A stretch of DNA of 63,831 nt, the filler included, from Folioceros fuciformis (lineage: Eukaryota): NCBI GenBank assembly GCA_049999805.1. It is 5 parts of 5 records of this genome, joined end to end, with 100 filler letters (N's around TTAATTAATTAA, not from the genome) between each part and the next. Parts side by side here need not be neighbours in the genome. Positions count along the whole stretch, not along the records: positions 1 to 16,664 come from JBNGIO010005086.1; 4 more parts are not named here. One strand, 5' to 3'. The notes beneath the pieces were generated by a model, which was not told the DNA's origin, searched no databases, and saw only the letters and a list, made by a program, of their open reading frames with translations. Numbering within the stretch: the stretch's first letter is position 1; every line of letters begins with the position of its first letter. Below, in pieces: positions 1 to 12,990 of this stretch. The position numbers were made by a program, and so were the translations under genes.

Positions 1-261
1 TAACTGGAGTGAGTTTGTGGGCACCGAGAGAGGTGCAGCTGACCGCCGGACAGCGAGGCCTGTCCTACGCCTGATCGGAGCTGGAGGGGAGCCCTCAAAT
101 CCATCATCGAGTTGATCAAGTCCGACCCTCCCTCCACAGCAGCAAGGAACCCCATCGCTCCTTCGTGGGAACGAAATCCAATGTCTCAACGACAGTGGGA
201 TAAGTGTGGCCACTAAAGGTGGAATCCGTCGGCAATCAGTGCCCGGGGTTTTGCCTCCACA
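1..261 (+). mobile_element. 3' end of an Athila-like Gypsy LTR (ends ...TTTTGCCTCCACA), inserted into a Copia integrase
   Basis: Reverse complement matches 22519-22594 (which abuts a Gypsy PBS), 38346-38566 and 39792-40020; ends in CA and is followed directly by integrase codons. Confidence 0.8.
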
Positions 262-640
262 CCTGAATAGGATTATCACAAGTTCAGTCCCACACATGAC
301 ACCTTATGAGGCATTCTGGCATAAGAAACCAAGTTTAGCACATCTAAGAGTTTTTGGATCTAAGGCTTTTGCTCTTATACCTGCTAAGAAACGTAAGAAA
401 CTTGACCCTAGGGCACAGGCTCTCATCTTTGTAGGCTACAGCGAACAAGCTAAAGCATACAAGCTATATAATCCTGATAAAGGAGATATTGTATTGGCAC
501 GTAGTGTGACATTTCTAGAAAGAAGTTCACCAGCCACATCAGATGATATACAAGTGGATACTGAGACAGATACCTCTACGGCTGAAGCAGCAGATTATCT
601 CCTTGATGACCCTGATGCGGATGAACCCAACCATCCCACA
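262..640 (+). pseudogene. Copia integrase C-terminal fragment
   Basis: LNRIITSS..TPYEAFWHKKPSLAHLRVFGS..LIFVGYSEQAKAYKLYNP..ARSVTF motifs in ORF 206-661. Confidence 0.85.
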
Positions 641-1252
641 ATTTCTTCGAGATGCATCTGAACTCCGATCTGTGGATAGCCGTCGCTCCTTCCCGCTGAC
701 CAAAAGTGGTGTGTGTTGGATCAGATTGGTGCAGGACGGGAGATGGTTGAACAGCGTCTGATGCCGGCAAGCAATCAAGGTTGGGAACCGGTGATCGGTG
801 GTAAGTTGGAGTCGGGCCTCCTCCACAGACACATCCACGGCAAGAGCCGCTAGCTGTCGTCTTTGCGATGGGAAAGCGGTCGAGATGTTGGGGCCGATAT
901 CCGGATTGTGCACGGCTATATGAAGTGAGTACCGCGTCTAGTAACGGAGGAACTCTACATCTCAGCGCGCGTTTGTCTTGGTAGCCATACCGTAGGGACT
1001 CCCCTTGATGAGTTCTCCTATGGTTGGCTCCCCGTCGCGGCATCGCTCATGTACAGGATCCAGAGCAAAGCTCTGATACCATGTAACTAAGTTGGCTTGA
1101 GCGGAAGCTAGTTGGAAAACTACTTTATTAATAAAAGTAAAGTCAATACAATACAATAGATTGCTTAAATACCAAAAGTCGGTGACGGTTCACTAATGCC
1201 TATTTATCAAAAAGATTAAATAAGGTAGTTAATGTTTATACTTATTTTAACA
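640..1252 (-). mobile_element. Truncated Copia-lineage element A: 5' LTR 1082-1252, tRNA-Met PBS 1070-1081, 5' accessory ORF remnant
   Basis: TG..CA 171-bp AT-rich segment next to GCTCTGATACCA (revcomp TGGTATCAGAGC); ORF starting MPRRG at 1043. Confidence 0.75.
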
Positions 1253-1729
1253 TCCTCTGATCTCTAAAGAGTCAATCCCGAGACAGGTAATCCCTAATTT
1301 GGTGATCCTGTTGGTAGAGTGGCCGAAGCAGTTCGGCACGCTCTCTGTCTCTGGACCAATTCAGATTGTGAAACCCCGTCCTGCCCACAAGAGAATATGC
1401 CAAGTCGTTAATCTCGGCTGGGACCGTCCTAGAGGCTTCATGTAGGTCGTCGCATCTGTAAGGACGCGAACCACGCCCCTGACCAACAGATCCGCCGCGC
1501 CGAGGCATTATCAACAACGAGAATAAAACATCAGAACCACGTGGCTCTGATACCATGTCAATTTGGGAGTCGCAAAAGGTGAGAGCCGCGGAGCGCAGAG
1601 CCCTTGTGCGTGCAAACTACCAAATGTAATTGATTATGAATAATAAACAAAATTGTCTTTAAGTATTATTTTATGCATAACCCTATTATTTTCTTAAGTT
1701 GGGTCGTATAGGGTTACCCCCCCTCAACA
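1253..1729 (-). mobile_element. Truncated Copia-lineage element B: 5' LTR 1556-1729, PBS 1544-1555, 5' accessory ORF (MPRRGG..., 1272-1508); interrupted by element A
   Basis: TG..CA 174-bp LTR, Met PBS, short ORF after the PBS. Confidence 0.75.
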
Positions 1730-2077
1730 AGGGTTTAGAAGTGAAGAGTGAGTTGCTGAGGTGCAGGAGTGTGTGCTGAAGTGAAGGGTGAAGGGTTGAA
1801 GTGAAGAAGGAAGGACTGAAGTGGGAATCATGAAGAGCTGAAGGACTGAAGATCTGGAGTGTGAGTTGTGTGAGCTTATTTGAAGATAGGCTAGGCTTCT
1901 GGCCTCTTCATTGTGTGTGTGTGGTCAGGCCTATAGACCGGCTGATAGGTAGAAGTGTGAGTAGATAGCTGTAGGTGTTCCTTGACACTAGTTCACTCCC
2001 TTGGGAGCGAATCATAAGATTGCAACGACAATAAGGGGAGGTGTGGCCCTTTGGTCGTTCTTGGGTGCAAGAAATCA
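1730..2077. mobile_element. Probable LTR fragment of another family inserted into the RT of element C
   Basis: GA/GT-rich non-coding stretch ending ...GCAAGAAATCA exactly where the Copia RT frame (ISCKWVVK) breaks off. Confidence 0.5.
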
Positions 2078-5036
2078 CTTCACAACCCATTTACAAGAGA
2101 TAGGTTTTCTACCCTTTGGCAACTCCTCCAAAGTCCAGGTTCCATTTTTAACTACGGATGCATACTCCTCCTCTACAGCCTTCTTCCACTGTCTTGCCTC
2201 AGGTCCTGAATATGCTTGTTGCATAGAGACTGGTTCAACAGAATCCAAGGTGGATGCCACCATGGCTTGAACAAACCACATGGACGGGGTTGCATCCCCA
2301 GCTGAAACTACATCTTCATTGTCCACCTTAGCAGGTGCTCGTACTGGTGCCGGTGCCCCCACTACAGGCACTTCCAAGGTAACGACACTACCAGCATTCG
2401 ACTTGCCTCCCTTTTGCTTCTGTAATCTAGTAACCCTAGCAGGCCTCCAGTCTTCCATCTCAAGGGGAGGCTCCTTCCACGGCCTGTTTCGTTCACGCAG
2501 ATTGTATGTACTTCTCACTTGTGAAGCAAGTACATCAGCAATGGGTACCTCCTCTATGGGCTCTGCTGCTTCCAATCCTTCTGTATAGGTGTCAGGTGAT
2601 ATACTATCACCCTCGACTGTAGTCTCAATATCATGACCATCATCATCCTCGCAAAATTGACCAAAAAATGAAACTTCAAACTGATCTACATCAGCACGGC
2701 TCAGCATGGATGCCCCATCGACTGGATCATCCTCGTCGAGGTCCTCAACTGTCTCAGGTAGAACATTTTCACCTCTGTCTGAATCAATGGAGACAGTAGG
2801 TGGATGCATCACTCGTCGTTCATCGAAAACTACACTACGTGCATGACTGACAATGCATGCCTCAGGGTCATAAAGCTTATAAGCTTTGATGCCATCAATG
2901 TAACCTATGAACACTAACTTGTGTGCCCTGTCGTGCAGCTTCGTTGTCCTTTTAGGCTTTGGAACAAACGCATATGCTGGAGCTCTGAAAATGCAAAGGT
3001 GCTGGATTGCTGCTTTTCGTCCCCACCACGCCTCAAATGGCGTCTTGCCAGGTGACACTCGAGTAGGCAACCTGTTGAGCAGGTAGTTAGCAGTGTTCAT
3101 GGCCTCAGCCCAATATCGCCTAGGAAGCCTAGCCTGCTTAAGCAAAGCCTGAGCAGTTTCTTGCAACAGCTGATTCTTCTTCTCTGCAACGCCGTTGAGC
3201 TGAGCTGTGTAGGGGACTGTGAGCTGCTTCGTGATGCCAAGATCCCGACAATACACTTTAAACTCGCCAGAGATGTACTCCCCACCATTGTCGGATTGGA
3301 GGCTTTGCAAACTATGGCCAGTCTGCCGCTCACCCATGTGCAAGAAATCTTTGAAGTGCTAAAGGGTTTCACTCTTGTACTTTAGTATGTACAGAGTGTA
3401 GTAGCGAGTGAAATCATCAATAAAAGTGAGGAAATATGACCCACCACCAATGGAAGGTACTGAAATCAGGCCACATATATCCGAATGCATGAGTTCTAGA
3501 GGTGTGGAGGCACGATGAGCACGTGTCTTGTCAAAAACAGCCTCATGATGTTTCCCATAGATGCACGACTCACATAGTGGTAAGTCCCCCACTTGACCAG
3601 GTATCCCATCAGCATACAATGAGCTGTTCGACATTGCTGATAATTTTCTACCATGTGGATGTCTGCAGCGCAGATGCCAAAGCTGTCCACAATTATGCAC
3701 TTGTCTCCTTTGAATAGCACATTCAGAGTGGTGTTTGAAGTTAGCTTCCTTACTGATAGCAGTTCTTCGTGATTGCGGGAACGTGAAGAACGTCGTGCAG
3801 CACTAGAGTCTTGCCATGATGCAGGTGCAGGGTCACTATACCCATCCCAACTATGGGTAGTGAGCTCTCATCGCCTAAGAGTACGAACTGCATGTCCCTG
3901 TACTTCTCATACTCACTGAACGAGGACTTGCTGTGATAGATAGGCACAGATGCTCCATAGTCAACAAACCACGCTGAAGTATGCGTACCAGCCGTGGTCA
4001 ACCAAACTAAAAGTATCACTTGTGGGTTTTTCTTCTTAACAGCTTGCACAGTGTGCACCTCCGGAGAGCCTGCACCTTCCTTCTTAGGCTCACCAGCTTT
4101 GCGTTTCCGGCAATCTCGAGCCCAATGACCTGGTATGCCACAGCAATGGCAATTTCCAGCCTTCTTTTTACTTCCTGAAGTTTGTCCAGGAGCACTAGAA
4201 CTAGGTCTGCTGCCTTTGTTTGAGTTCCAGCCTCCACGTCCTCTTTGATACGGTTTGCCCCGTCCAACAAACAAGGCTTGTTGGCCTTGTGTTTGCTATT
4301 TGCCAGATCTAGAGGACAGCCGCGTGGCTTCCTCTTGCAGCATGGCCCCAACGACACCGTTAAATGTCAAGGGTTCTGCATCATTCTTTAAGGCTTTCGA
4401 CAGCCGGGCCTCCACCTTTACCATCGCCTGCTGACCAATGACAAAGGGTCCAAATTTGGGTGGTAATGAACTCAACAGCCTGCAACTAGCTTCGTAGTCA
4501 GTAATCTTTACACCCGTGGAACATAGCTTAGCTCGTGCAATTCTGAATCTCCCGATGTAGTGCTCCACAGTCTCACCTTCTGTCATTCTAAGGCTGTGGT
4601 ACCTTGCTGATGCAGACATAGACGCAGCCATATCATGGGAGGCGAACATCATTGCTAAATGATCCCACATCTCCTTTGCTGAGTCTCTAGGCCCATCTGA
4701 GGCCTGTCTAATCATTTTAGGACCCAGACCTGAACGAATCAGGTTCCTTGCACGGATATCAGCCAAAGTCCATACTGGTAGGTCGGCAGAACTGACATAA
4801 GGCTTCTCTATCTCTCCGCTCACAACATGCCAAAGATTCTTTTCTTCAAGCGCACCTTGCATGCGCATTACCCAGATGTCATATTCAGCACTAGTCACCA
4901 GACGGTCTTTCTCCTTAAACCCACCGCTGGTAAGTGACTGCAACACGTTGAGCATGTCTTCTCTAGCCTTCTCCTCCTCATCCATGTTGGTACGACTAAA
5001 CCAAACTGTATCTCTTTCTAACAGGTCTGTGTTCAC
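2075..5036 (-). pseudogene. Disrupted Copia gag-pol polyprotein of element C
   Basis: ORF pieces 4296-5036, 3750-4274, 3359-3700, 2075-3343 in Copia domain order, separated by a TAG and frameshifts. Confidence 0.9.
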
Positions 5037-6349
5037 AGATGCACGGGTGGAATCTACATCTGTACTCCTAATTGACTCACTATCTCAAGACTCTATAACA
5101 CCGACTTCCTGTGCTAAATGACAAAGCCAGGCAGGTGTTCTGTAAGAATGACTCTCGCTCATCTGTCACAGCTACCAGCATTGTTTGACTCAACTTGTTT
5201 CTGTTGACAGTGAATGCAGACTGTACGGTTTTCATTAGCAGCCAAGGACTGAGTGATCTTTGTATGTTCCAGGATGTGGGACTTGGCCAAGACAAACAAC
5301 TTCACATCCAATGGCTGTAGGTAGGATTCTAGTCTAGCCACTTGATCGGTTGACAGGATATGCTGGGTGCGACACAATGCTGTGCTGTTAATGTTATCGA
5401 GGCGTTGGGATAGATTTTGAACAGACACACGAAGCGACTCAACTTGACCTCTTCTCAACACTGACTCTGAATGACGCTGTGCAACAGGCTCTCGTCGACT
5501 GTACGACAGTGACCTACGATAGTGATGGATGCTTGGATTTGCCATAGCAAGATTCGGGATCCTCTGAGGCTGAGTGCACCTGTCTCGGGTCACTGAAATA
5601 TTGGTCACTTCATAAGGAGGGACGAATTGGGGCATGCTCCTCTGATTGCGCCTACTGGAACGATGGCGTTGTGCCATCCTAGGAACAAGGTACGCTGACC
5701 TCCCTAGTTCCTTTACTTGCAGGCTCTGAATTTTGACTTGCCATCCTCAACCCTTGCACCTTTGCTGCACTCGCTAGCAGTTGCAGTGTACACCTGCTGA
5801 CCTCCAGACCGCACTGCACAAGAAAATCAAGATCGTCGATGGGCAATCTTGACACGCTTGTGGATGTGAACCGCACTCTTCTTTCGTTGCTGCTCGTTGC
5901 GCCACAACACAACACTCACTACTTGCTCGATCATGAAGCCTAATTCCGGGTTCATGAATTGACAAAGGAACAACATCCAGCCAACCCACTGATTAAGGGG
6001 AAGGCTGCCCATAGCGTAAGTCGTTCTTGATTGACTAACCACTTTGCAGGGCGTTGGTGCTATCCATGTGCTTCCTGTCAAAGTGATAGAAAAAAGGCTG
6101 CGCCTCAATAGAGGGTGCAGGGATTGCATCAATGCCTAGTCAAGGCTCTGATACCATAACGCGGTGTACACAAAATACAAGGTTGCATAAAAGAAAAATA
6201 GCGCACATAGTTCTTGTAGGTTCGTGCGTGCGCGTGCGGGTGACACACGACGGTTATTCGTGTAACTACCTTCTAACCCTAACTACTTATTTTAGGTTAG
6301 CTATTTGACATTATTTTACGCTTTATAAGGAGGGCCGAATATCTCAACA
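2078..6349 (-). mobile_element. Copia element C (3'-truncated): 5' LTR 6157-6349, PBS 6145-6156, accessory ORF, gag-PR-INT-start of RT
   Basis: Met PBS; gag (FKEKDRL..), CCHC knuckle CHCCGIPGHWARDC, protease WFVDYGAS, integrase (SDNGGEY), RT start (GTWTLEELPKGRKPISCKWV). Confidence 0.9.
5159..5677 (-). CDS. Accessory ORF (172 aa) between PBS and gag of element C; Arg-rich N-terminus, helical C-half
   Basis: Open ATG ORF MAQRHRSSRRNQR...; same position as ORFs in elements A, B, D, E, H. Confidence 0.55.
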   Translation of the reverse strand: MAQRHRSSRRNQRSMPQFVPPYEVTNISVTRDRCTQPQRIPNLAMANPSIHHYRRSLSYSRREPVAQRHSESVLRRGQVESLRVSVQNLSQRLDNINSTALCRTQHILSTDQVARLESYLQPLDVKLFVLAKSHILEHTKITQSLAANENRTVCIHCQQKQVESNNAGSCDR

Positions 6350-7283
6350 TTGGGGTGGTCAACCCAGTTGCCAAGATGAAAGTCTTGCATGCTCAGTGGG
6401 TTGTCAGGGCGGCGGATCCTGCCTACTACCCCTGGAAGAGCCTGCTAACACAACATCTGGAGTGCACCCAAGCTGTACCTAGGGGAAGGAGGTCTATCGA
6501 CAACATCCTTGCTGATAAACCACTTCTTGATACGGTAGAGTGCTCCCCACTATTCAAGTCAATTTGGAGTAGCTACTTAGAGGTTAAGCGGTACATTATC
6601 CCTAGTAACCCTGTGCATGTTGATGATGTTCTGGGTGTTCCTTTGCAAGGTTTCTCAAGGTTGTGGGCTCAAGAGTTTAGGGCAAGGGTGTATCGGTCAC
6701 AGATCTTTGGATTGGCGGGTTGGCATGGAATAATCCAACTTGGTCACTTATGGAACAGAACATAGGTCCGTTGGAAGGAGGTGGAGGAAGTCAAGGGTGA
6801 ATTTGGATTAGTAACTAGACGTGTTAGCCTCAATTTTTTCATGGCTGCAAGAGGGGTTAGAGGATAAGGTACAACAGGTGTTAAGGCAACAACCTACCCG
6901 GGCACCGAGGGGTGGTATGCGTACTCCATGGATAGTAAGGGAGTCAACTCTGAAGAGGAAGAGCAGGAGGATGACCTAGATTTGGATAGGGTTGTTTCGC
7001 TTACAGGTACGGTTGACAAAGAAGAATTGCAGTCATTCAAGGTCTTGTTGCCGGAAGAGCTTTTGGAAGATCAGGGCAGGGATGATGGTGATATCCGAAG
7101 AGGGGAACTAAGGGCCATCACATTCCTCTCAAAGTCTGTTCGCACAAGGTGGTGGTGCACTCAAGTCGAACGTTCTAGTGGGCCACAAGCCTCGGTCAAA
7201 CCAATCGTGCGATGTTGGTTTCGGCTCGCCGAAAATTGGGATTTGGCCTTAAAACCAGATCTCTGCAAATGGCCCAAGAGGCC
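6350..7283 (+). mobile_element. L1-like LINE ORF2 post-RT region (left part), degenerate
   Basis: LGVVNPVAKMKVLHAQWVVR...WKSLL resembles the post-RT segment of plant LINEs; continues after the Copia insertion at 13336. Confidence 0.65.
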
Positions 7284-7971
7284 TGTTGCGTTTGTGAATT
7301 GAGGTGAAGCAGATCGTGTACGCACGAGAGACACAAAGATCGAATATTTTTCAAGTTTGGTGAACTTGGCATAAGTTGTCCAGACACATGAAACGGTTAT
7401 AACTAATAACTAATAACTAACTGAAGAGTGCCCTAATTATAGGTCTCATGTATATAGCAATGTATCTAAATAATAAACAATTATTTCTAACACCCCCTCT
7501 CATTGTATATACGTCCAGCAGATTAATGAAGAGTAAATAGCTGGATTTAAAACAGAAACATGCAAGCCCTATGACGGGTACTTAACACACGCTAGCCCCG
7601 TAGACAATATTCTCTCAGTCTTATGCCCACAAGCGTGTTAGGTGTTTGCCCACTGTTATTGTGGTTTGACCTACTACTGAGATACTCATCTTGTCCAACT
7701 GTCAGTGTCTAGAGAAAGGATGGCGGAGGAGTCTGGCATGGTTTGGATGGATGAAGACGAAGACGAATCTGCGGAGGATACACCTGACTTCGATCCAAAC
7801 TTCATTGAACTCTAGAAAATAAGCAAGAGAGGAAAATCAAAGGCCCTGTGTCCCCCCTCTTCTTCTGAAGGTTCTGAAGAGTTCTGACCACTCTCTAAGT
7901 CGGTCAAATAGGTAGGAGCTAGCATTAGATGAATCCCAACACATCTACCTACAGACTCCTCAGACAAACTC

Positions 7972-10900
7972 TTACTTTTTGTGGGACACGTTCTGTGTGT
8001 GAAGGGGTCCTAAGACACCCAATGCCTCCTTGAACTGATAGTGCTTCAACCTGGGTAAGGCCTTTGTAAGCAAATCTGCAGCATTTGAGTCAGTTGGCAC
8101 ATACTCTAACCTGACCTGTTTGGTTTCAACAGCATGCCTTATGAAATGATGATGAACTTCCACATGTTTCGTTCTGGCATGAAATACTGGATTTTGTGCC
8201 AACGCAAGTGCAGACTGATTGTCACAAAATATAACAGTTGGTTCCTTTTGTGGCTGTCCAAGATCTGAGAGAAGTCTACGCAGCCAAATTGCCTCTTTAG
8301 AAGCTTGTGTCAAGGCAGAGTATTCCGCCTCTATTGATGAGAGTGACATAGTTGTTTGTTTCTTTGAGGACCATGTAACAGCTCCTCCAGCCAACAGGAA
8401 AGCATAGGCTGACACAGACTTCCTCGTGTCAAGATCAGCGGCCCAGTCGGCATCGCAATAGCCGACCAGTGTAAGCTCCTCCCCTTCAAACCTTTGTTTT
8501 GAATAGTGTATGCCATGGTCACTTGTGCCTTTCAGATATCGTAAAATTCGCTTAGCTGCTGACCAGTGTACTCTTCCTGGATTCTTGAGGTGCTGAGAGA
8601 CCATGCTGACTGGAAGGGCAACATCCGGCCTGCTGTTGTTGGAGCAATAGATAAGAGATCCAACGGCCTGTGCATAAGGGACCGACTCCATCTCTTGTTT
8701 ATCAGCATCAGTCACTGGAGATTGAGAAGTCAATTTTGCAGCCAGTCTCGAGAGGTGTAACTGCTGTCTTTGCCTCCTCGAGCTTATATTTAAACAGCAT
8801 GTCCAAAATATACTTCTGCTGATGTATTACAAGTGTACCACTGACAGGGTCGCGAAAGAGCTGTGTGCCAAGACAATAGGACAACTCCCCGACATCAACC
8901 ATATCAAAGCGACCAAACAGCAGGACTTTCACTCCGGTAATTCCCTCTATATCAGTCCCTAGCAAAATGCAATCATCAACGTAAAGTGCTAGTATGACAA
9001 AGCCTGTTTGATCTTGCAGGACATAAACATTAGAGTCAGCTGTGCTTTTAAGGAAACCTAGTCCTAACAAAAACTCGTCTATACATTCATACCATGCGCG
9101 TGGACTCTGTTTTAAGCCGTAGATTGTCTTTAGCAACTGACAGACCCAATCCTCTTTCCCCTCAACCTCATATCCCTCAGGCTGTCGCATGAATATGTCT
9201 TCCTCTAATTTCCCATGGAGAAAGGCGGTCTTGACATCCATTTGGTGGATGAAAAGGCCGAAGAATGCAGACATGGAAAAGAGGACACGAAGGGATTGCA
9301 ACTTAACAACAGGACTAAACGTATCATGATAGTCTAAACCAGGAACTTGGGAAAATCCACGAGCGACTAACCTGGCCTTATACCTGGAGATAGAGCCATC
9401 CGCCTTATATTTTAGCTTGAACACCCACTTTGAGGTGACAATTTTCCTCCCCTTAGGCGGAGGAACGATCTTCCAAATATTATTCTGAATCAGAGAGTCG
9501 TATTCAGACTATATGGCAGCTTGCCAGAGCTTGGCCTCGGGCCCACTAACAGCTTCCTTGTAACTTTGTGGTTCATAGCCAGGTTCGAACGCCAAGTTAA
9601 CCATGTCAATCACGACTTCGTCTGCTGCTGAACCATGAGGACGAGGAACCTTCCTGAAGTCTTCACTGCGGTAAGGGGGCTCCTTCCAAGCTTCACGTGG
9701 CCTGTGCACTCTACCTGATCGTCTGAGTGGTGCTGGTGCAGGTTGAGGAACGGGCATAACGTACTCAACAGGATCATCTTCAAACCAATCAGGGTTGGGA
9801 ATGTGAGCAAGATGTGGGACCACAGGAGCTTCAAGCTCATCATCTGACTAAGCATGTGCAACTTGTTCAGGAGGAACCTCATCATCATAAGACTGATCAA
9901 AAAAATCACCTGGATCAGCATCACGGGCCTGCTGTGGATTGACTGGAGGTAAGGTACCATCTGGAACAGGCTCTGTATAAGAAGGATCAGACTCTGGAAA
10001 CGTGACAAAATCTGAATCACTAACTGTATCATCTGTCTGTACAGGCTGGACATCAACCTCTACTACATCAGGATCTGAAAAATCATCTGGAGATTGAGCT
10101 GGGGGTTGAAGGACAGACCTTTCATCAAAAGCAATTGTCCTAGCATGGGATACTCTACGAGTAGTTGGATCAAACAACTTATAGCCATGGATGCCGGCTG
10201 TGTAACCTATAAAGATGTGACGTTTTGATTTATAGGCAAACTTGTGACGTAGTTTATCAGGCACATGGGCATACGCAATGCTGCCAAAAACTCTGATGTG
10301 AGACAGATCTGGTTTACAACCGGTCCAAGCCTCAAAAGGGGTACAGCAACGCAGGGATGAGGCAGCCGACCGATTTTGCAGGTATGTAGCAACTTGAACT
10401 GCCTCTGCCCAAAATCTAACTGACAACCTGCCTTGATACAGGAGTGAACGTGCAGCATCTTGGATGGTTCGGTGCCTACGCTTAGCTCGACCATTCATGT
10501 CAGAATGATATGGTATGGTAAGTTGTCGAGTTATCCCCCTCTCCTGGCAATAATCTTGAAAAGCTAAAGACAAGTACTCTTTGCCGTTATCAGATCTAAT
10601 GCATTTCAGCTTGTAACCAGTCTGTCTTTCTACATATGCTAGGTACCGCTTGAAGCTAGAGAACACGTCACTCTTGTGACGTAATAATTCAGTCACTGTA
10701 AAATGTGACTTATCATCCTCAAATACCACAAAGTACTTTGCTCCACCCCAGGAGGGCACTGACATCGGGCCACATATGTCGGTATGGACAAGATCAAGAA
10801 TATATGTGGCTTTCCTTGATTTCCCACTACCAAAGTGGGACTTGAACTGCTTCCCATGTATACAGGCTACACATTGCTCAAGGTCAGTAAGTTCATGTTC

Positions 10901-12454
10901 ACTGAAACCAGTCACCATTTTTTCTCGTAGTAATCTCCTCATTGCCTGTATGTTAGGGTGACCCAAACGACACTGCCACTTGAAAGCATTACTGGAGTGT
11001 GCTGCCTCAGCGCTCAAATCAGTTACATTTGCTGTTGATGGTGGAACATCAGACACGAAGTCCAGCAAGTACAGATCGAACAAGGGAGTTCCCCGAGCAA
11101 TGACTACTGAGGGATCTGATAGTCGAGATATCTAACATTCAATGCCTTCAAAAGTAATCCTGTACTGATTCATCTTACCAAGAGCCATTGTACTCACCAA
11201 ATTCTTAGCCAGAGCTGGAACATGAAGGGCATTCACCAAAAGTAAGTAACTGCCATCCCTAAGAGTGATTTGAATCGTTCCAGCACCTTTTATAGGAATC
11301 GTTGAGTTGTCTCCTAATACAACAGCTGTTTGATGGCATGTGGGAGATCTCTCGTATGTGATGAAGGACTTCCGCTTCGAACACATATGATTGGAGGCTC
11401 CACTATCAAGGAACCACTTCTGACAGCCTTCCTTTGAAGACGTAAGACACGCCACCAACAGAACTGGAGTTGAAGCTCTAGTTGTGTGAGCTTTTGATGA
11501 TCTCCCCTTTGCACTGTCGTCCTTTGCTTTCTTTCGACAGTCCTTTACCCAATGGCCGGGTTTTCCACAATAATTGCAGTTTCCAGGCTTGGATGTAGAA
11601 TTAGAAGATGGCTGGCCAGGAGCAGAAGAGGATGTGGGCTGTGTGCCGGACTGACCTCACCCCCTGCCAAAGCCTCCCCTTCCTCTCCCTCTCCCTCTAC
11701 CTTTACCTCGACCCCATCCAGAGAACAAAGCCGTATCGCTTTGTTTATGAGGAGTATGAGGTGAGGATGAACCACCCTTCATCTGTCTTCTGTTGGCTTC
11801 AAACTGGAGTAGAGCACCTACTACCTTCTCAACTGTAAGGTTTGAAGTTGCAAGAGTGGTTGCTGTGGCTGGCACTGTTTGGGCGGACATTTGCAAACTT
11901 GAACTAAAGTATTCATAGCTTGGTGGAAGTGAAAGTAGCAGCTGTATGGCTGCTCTTGATTCAGAAATGATGACTCCACAAGAAGCAAGTTTGGCTCTCA
12001 CAACTCGAAACTTTGAAATATGACTCTCGACACAGTCATTTTCCTTCATGCGAAGTGTCTGGTACTTCAGAGTGGCTGCAGCCTCAGCTACCATGTCCTT
12101 AGTATCATAAGTAGATGATAGCAATGACCAGACCTCAGATGAGGTCTGCGTCATTCTTATATGTGGTATCATTTCTTGTGACACGGAAGCAACAAGGATA
12201 TTTCTTGCCTTCCTGTCCTTTGTCTTCCAATCTAACTCATCCTTTTGTGTCCATGTAGGAACAGTGCCGCCAGGAGTGGGAGGACCAGAGGGCTGTCCAG
12301 CAACTTTCTTCGGAACAGACCCATCTACTATTTCCATCAGAGTCTTTTCTTCAAGGATGCAACGCACCCTAAAGCTCCAGGCATCGTAATTGTGAGAGGT
12401 CAAGCGATCCTTCTCTTGCAACCTGTCGGATCCAGAATCATCCTTCGACCCCAT
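7972..12454 (-). pseudogene. Gag-PR-INT-RT-RH polyprotein of element D with four in-frame stops and one frameshift
   Basis: In-frame pieces 11657-12454, 11132-11458, 9848-11083, 9509-9823, 8708-9424, then a frameshift to 7972-8733; motifs WFLDSGAS, HTDICGP, LYVDDC, YCDADWA. Confidence 0.95.
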
Positions 12455-12480
12455 GATGCCTGTGAGTAAGAACCTCTGAT

Positions 12481-12990
12481 TTAGAGTGGTGAAGCCGTCA
12501 CGCGAGCAAGCTGCTCCCTGAGGCTTTCAATATCCTTTTCCTGCTGTGCCATTATGTTTAGATCTGAACATCTCAGAGTCTCAAGCCGCTCTTGTCTTGC
12601 CTGCAGGTTATCAGCCCTAGTAGTATACTCCAGAACAGTGCTCCGAATGTTGAGAATAGAATTCAGAATGGCATCGTGCTCTGTAAATTTCTCCGGATAA
12701 GGTTTTGAGAGATGTTGACAGGCACTAGACGACGCAGGATTAGATTGTGGATTCCTGCTAGCTGTCCTTCTCCTGAGTGGAGGCACCAATTTCGAATCTG
12801 AATCGTGGCTGTCCTCAGCAGGAAATTGTGAATCAAGAAAGACGTTGAGAAAGCGCTCTCTCTCGATCCGTTCTGCAGCAGATACTCCTTTCTTAAAATG
12901 CTTCTTCTCAAATGCTGTCAATATGGACTGTCTGAACTTTCCCTTATCAAAATCAGACCAGGACTGCCTGAGAGTATTTCTTCGAGGCAT
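12481..12990 (-). CDS. Accessory ORF (169 aa) upstream of gag in element D; basic N-terminus, coiled-coil-like C-terminus
   Basis: Uninterrupted MPRRNTLRQ...LQARQERLETLR...EKDIESLREQLARV; stop lies 26 bp before the gag ATG. Confidence 0.65.
   Translation of the reverse strand: MPRRNTLRQSWSDFDKGKFRQSILTAFEKKHFKKGVSAAERIERERFLNVFLDSQFPAEDSHDSDSKLVPPLRRRTASRNPQSNPASSSACQHLSKPYPEKFTEHDAILNSILNIRSTVLEYTTRADNLQARQERLETLRCSDLNIMAQQEKDIESLREQLARVTASPL

Noticed and set aside
206-661. 151-aa ORF as a standalone gene
   Set aside because: Chimera of LTR sequence (to 261) and a Copia integrase fragment, with a non-ATG start.
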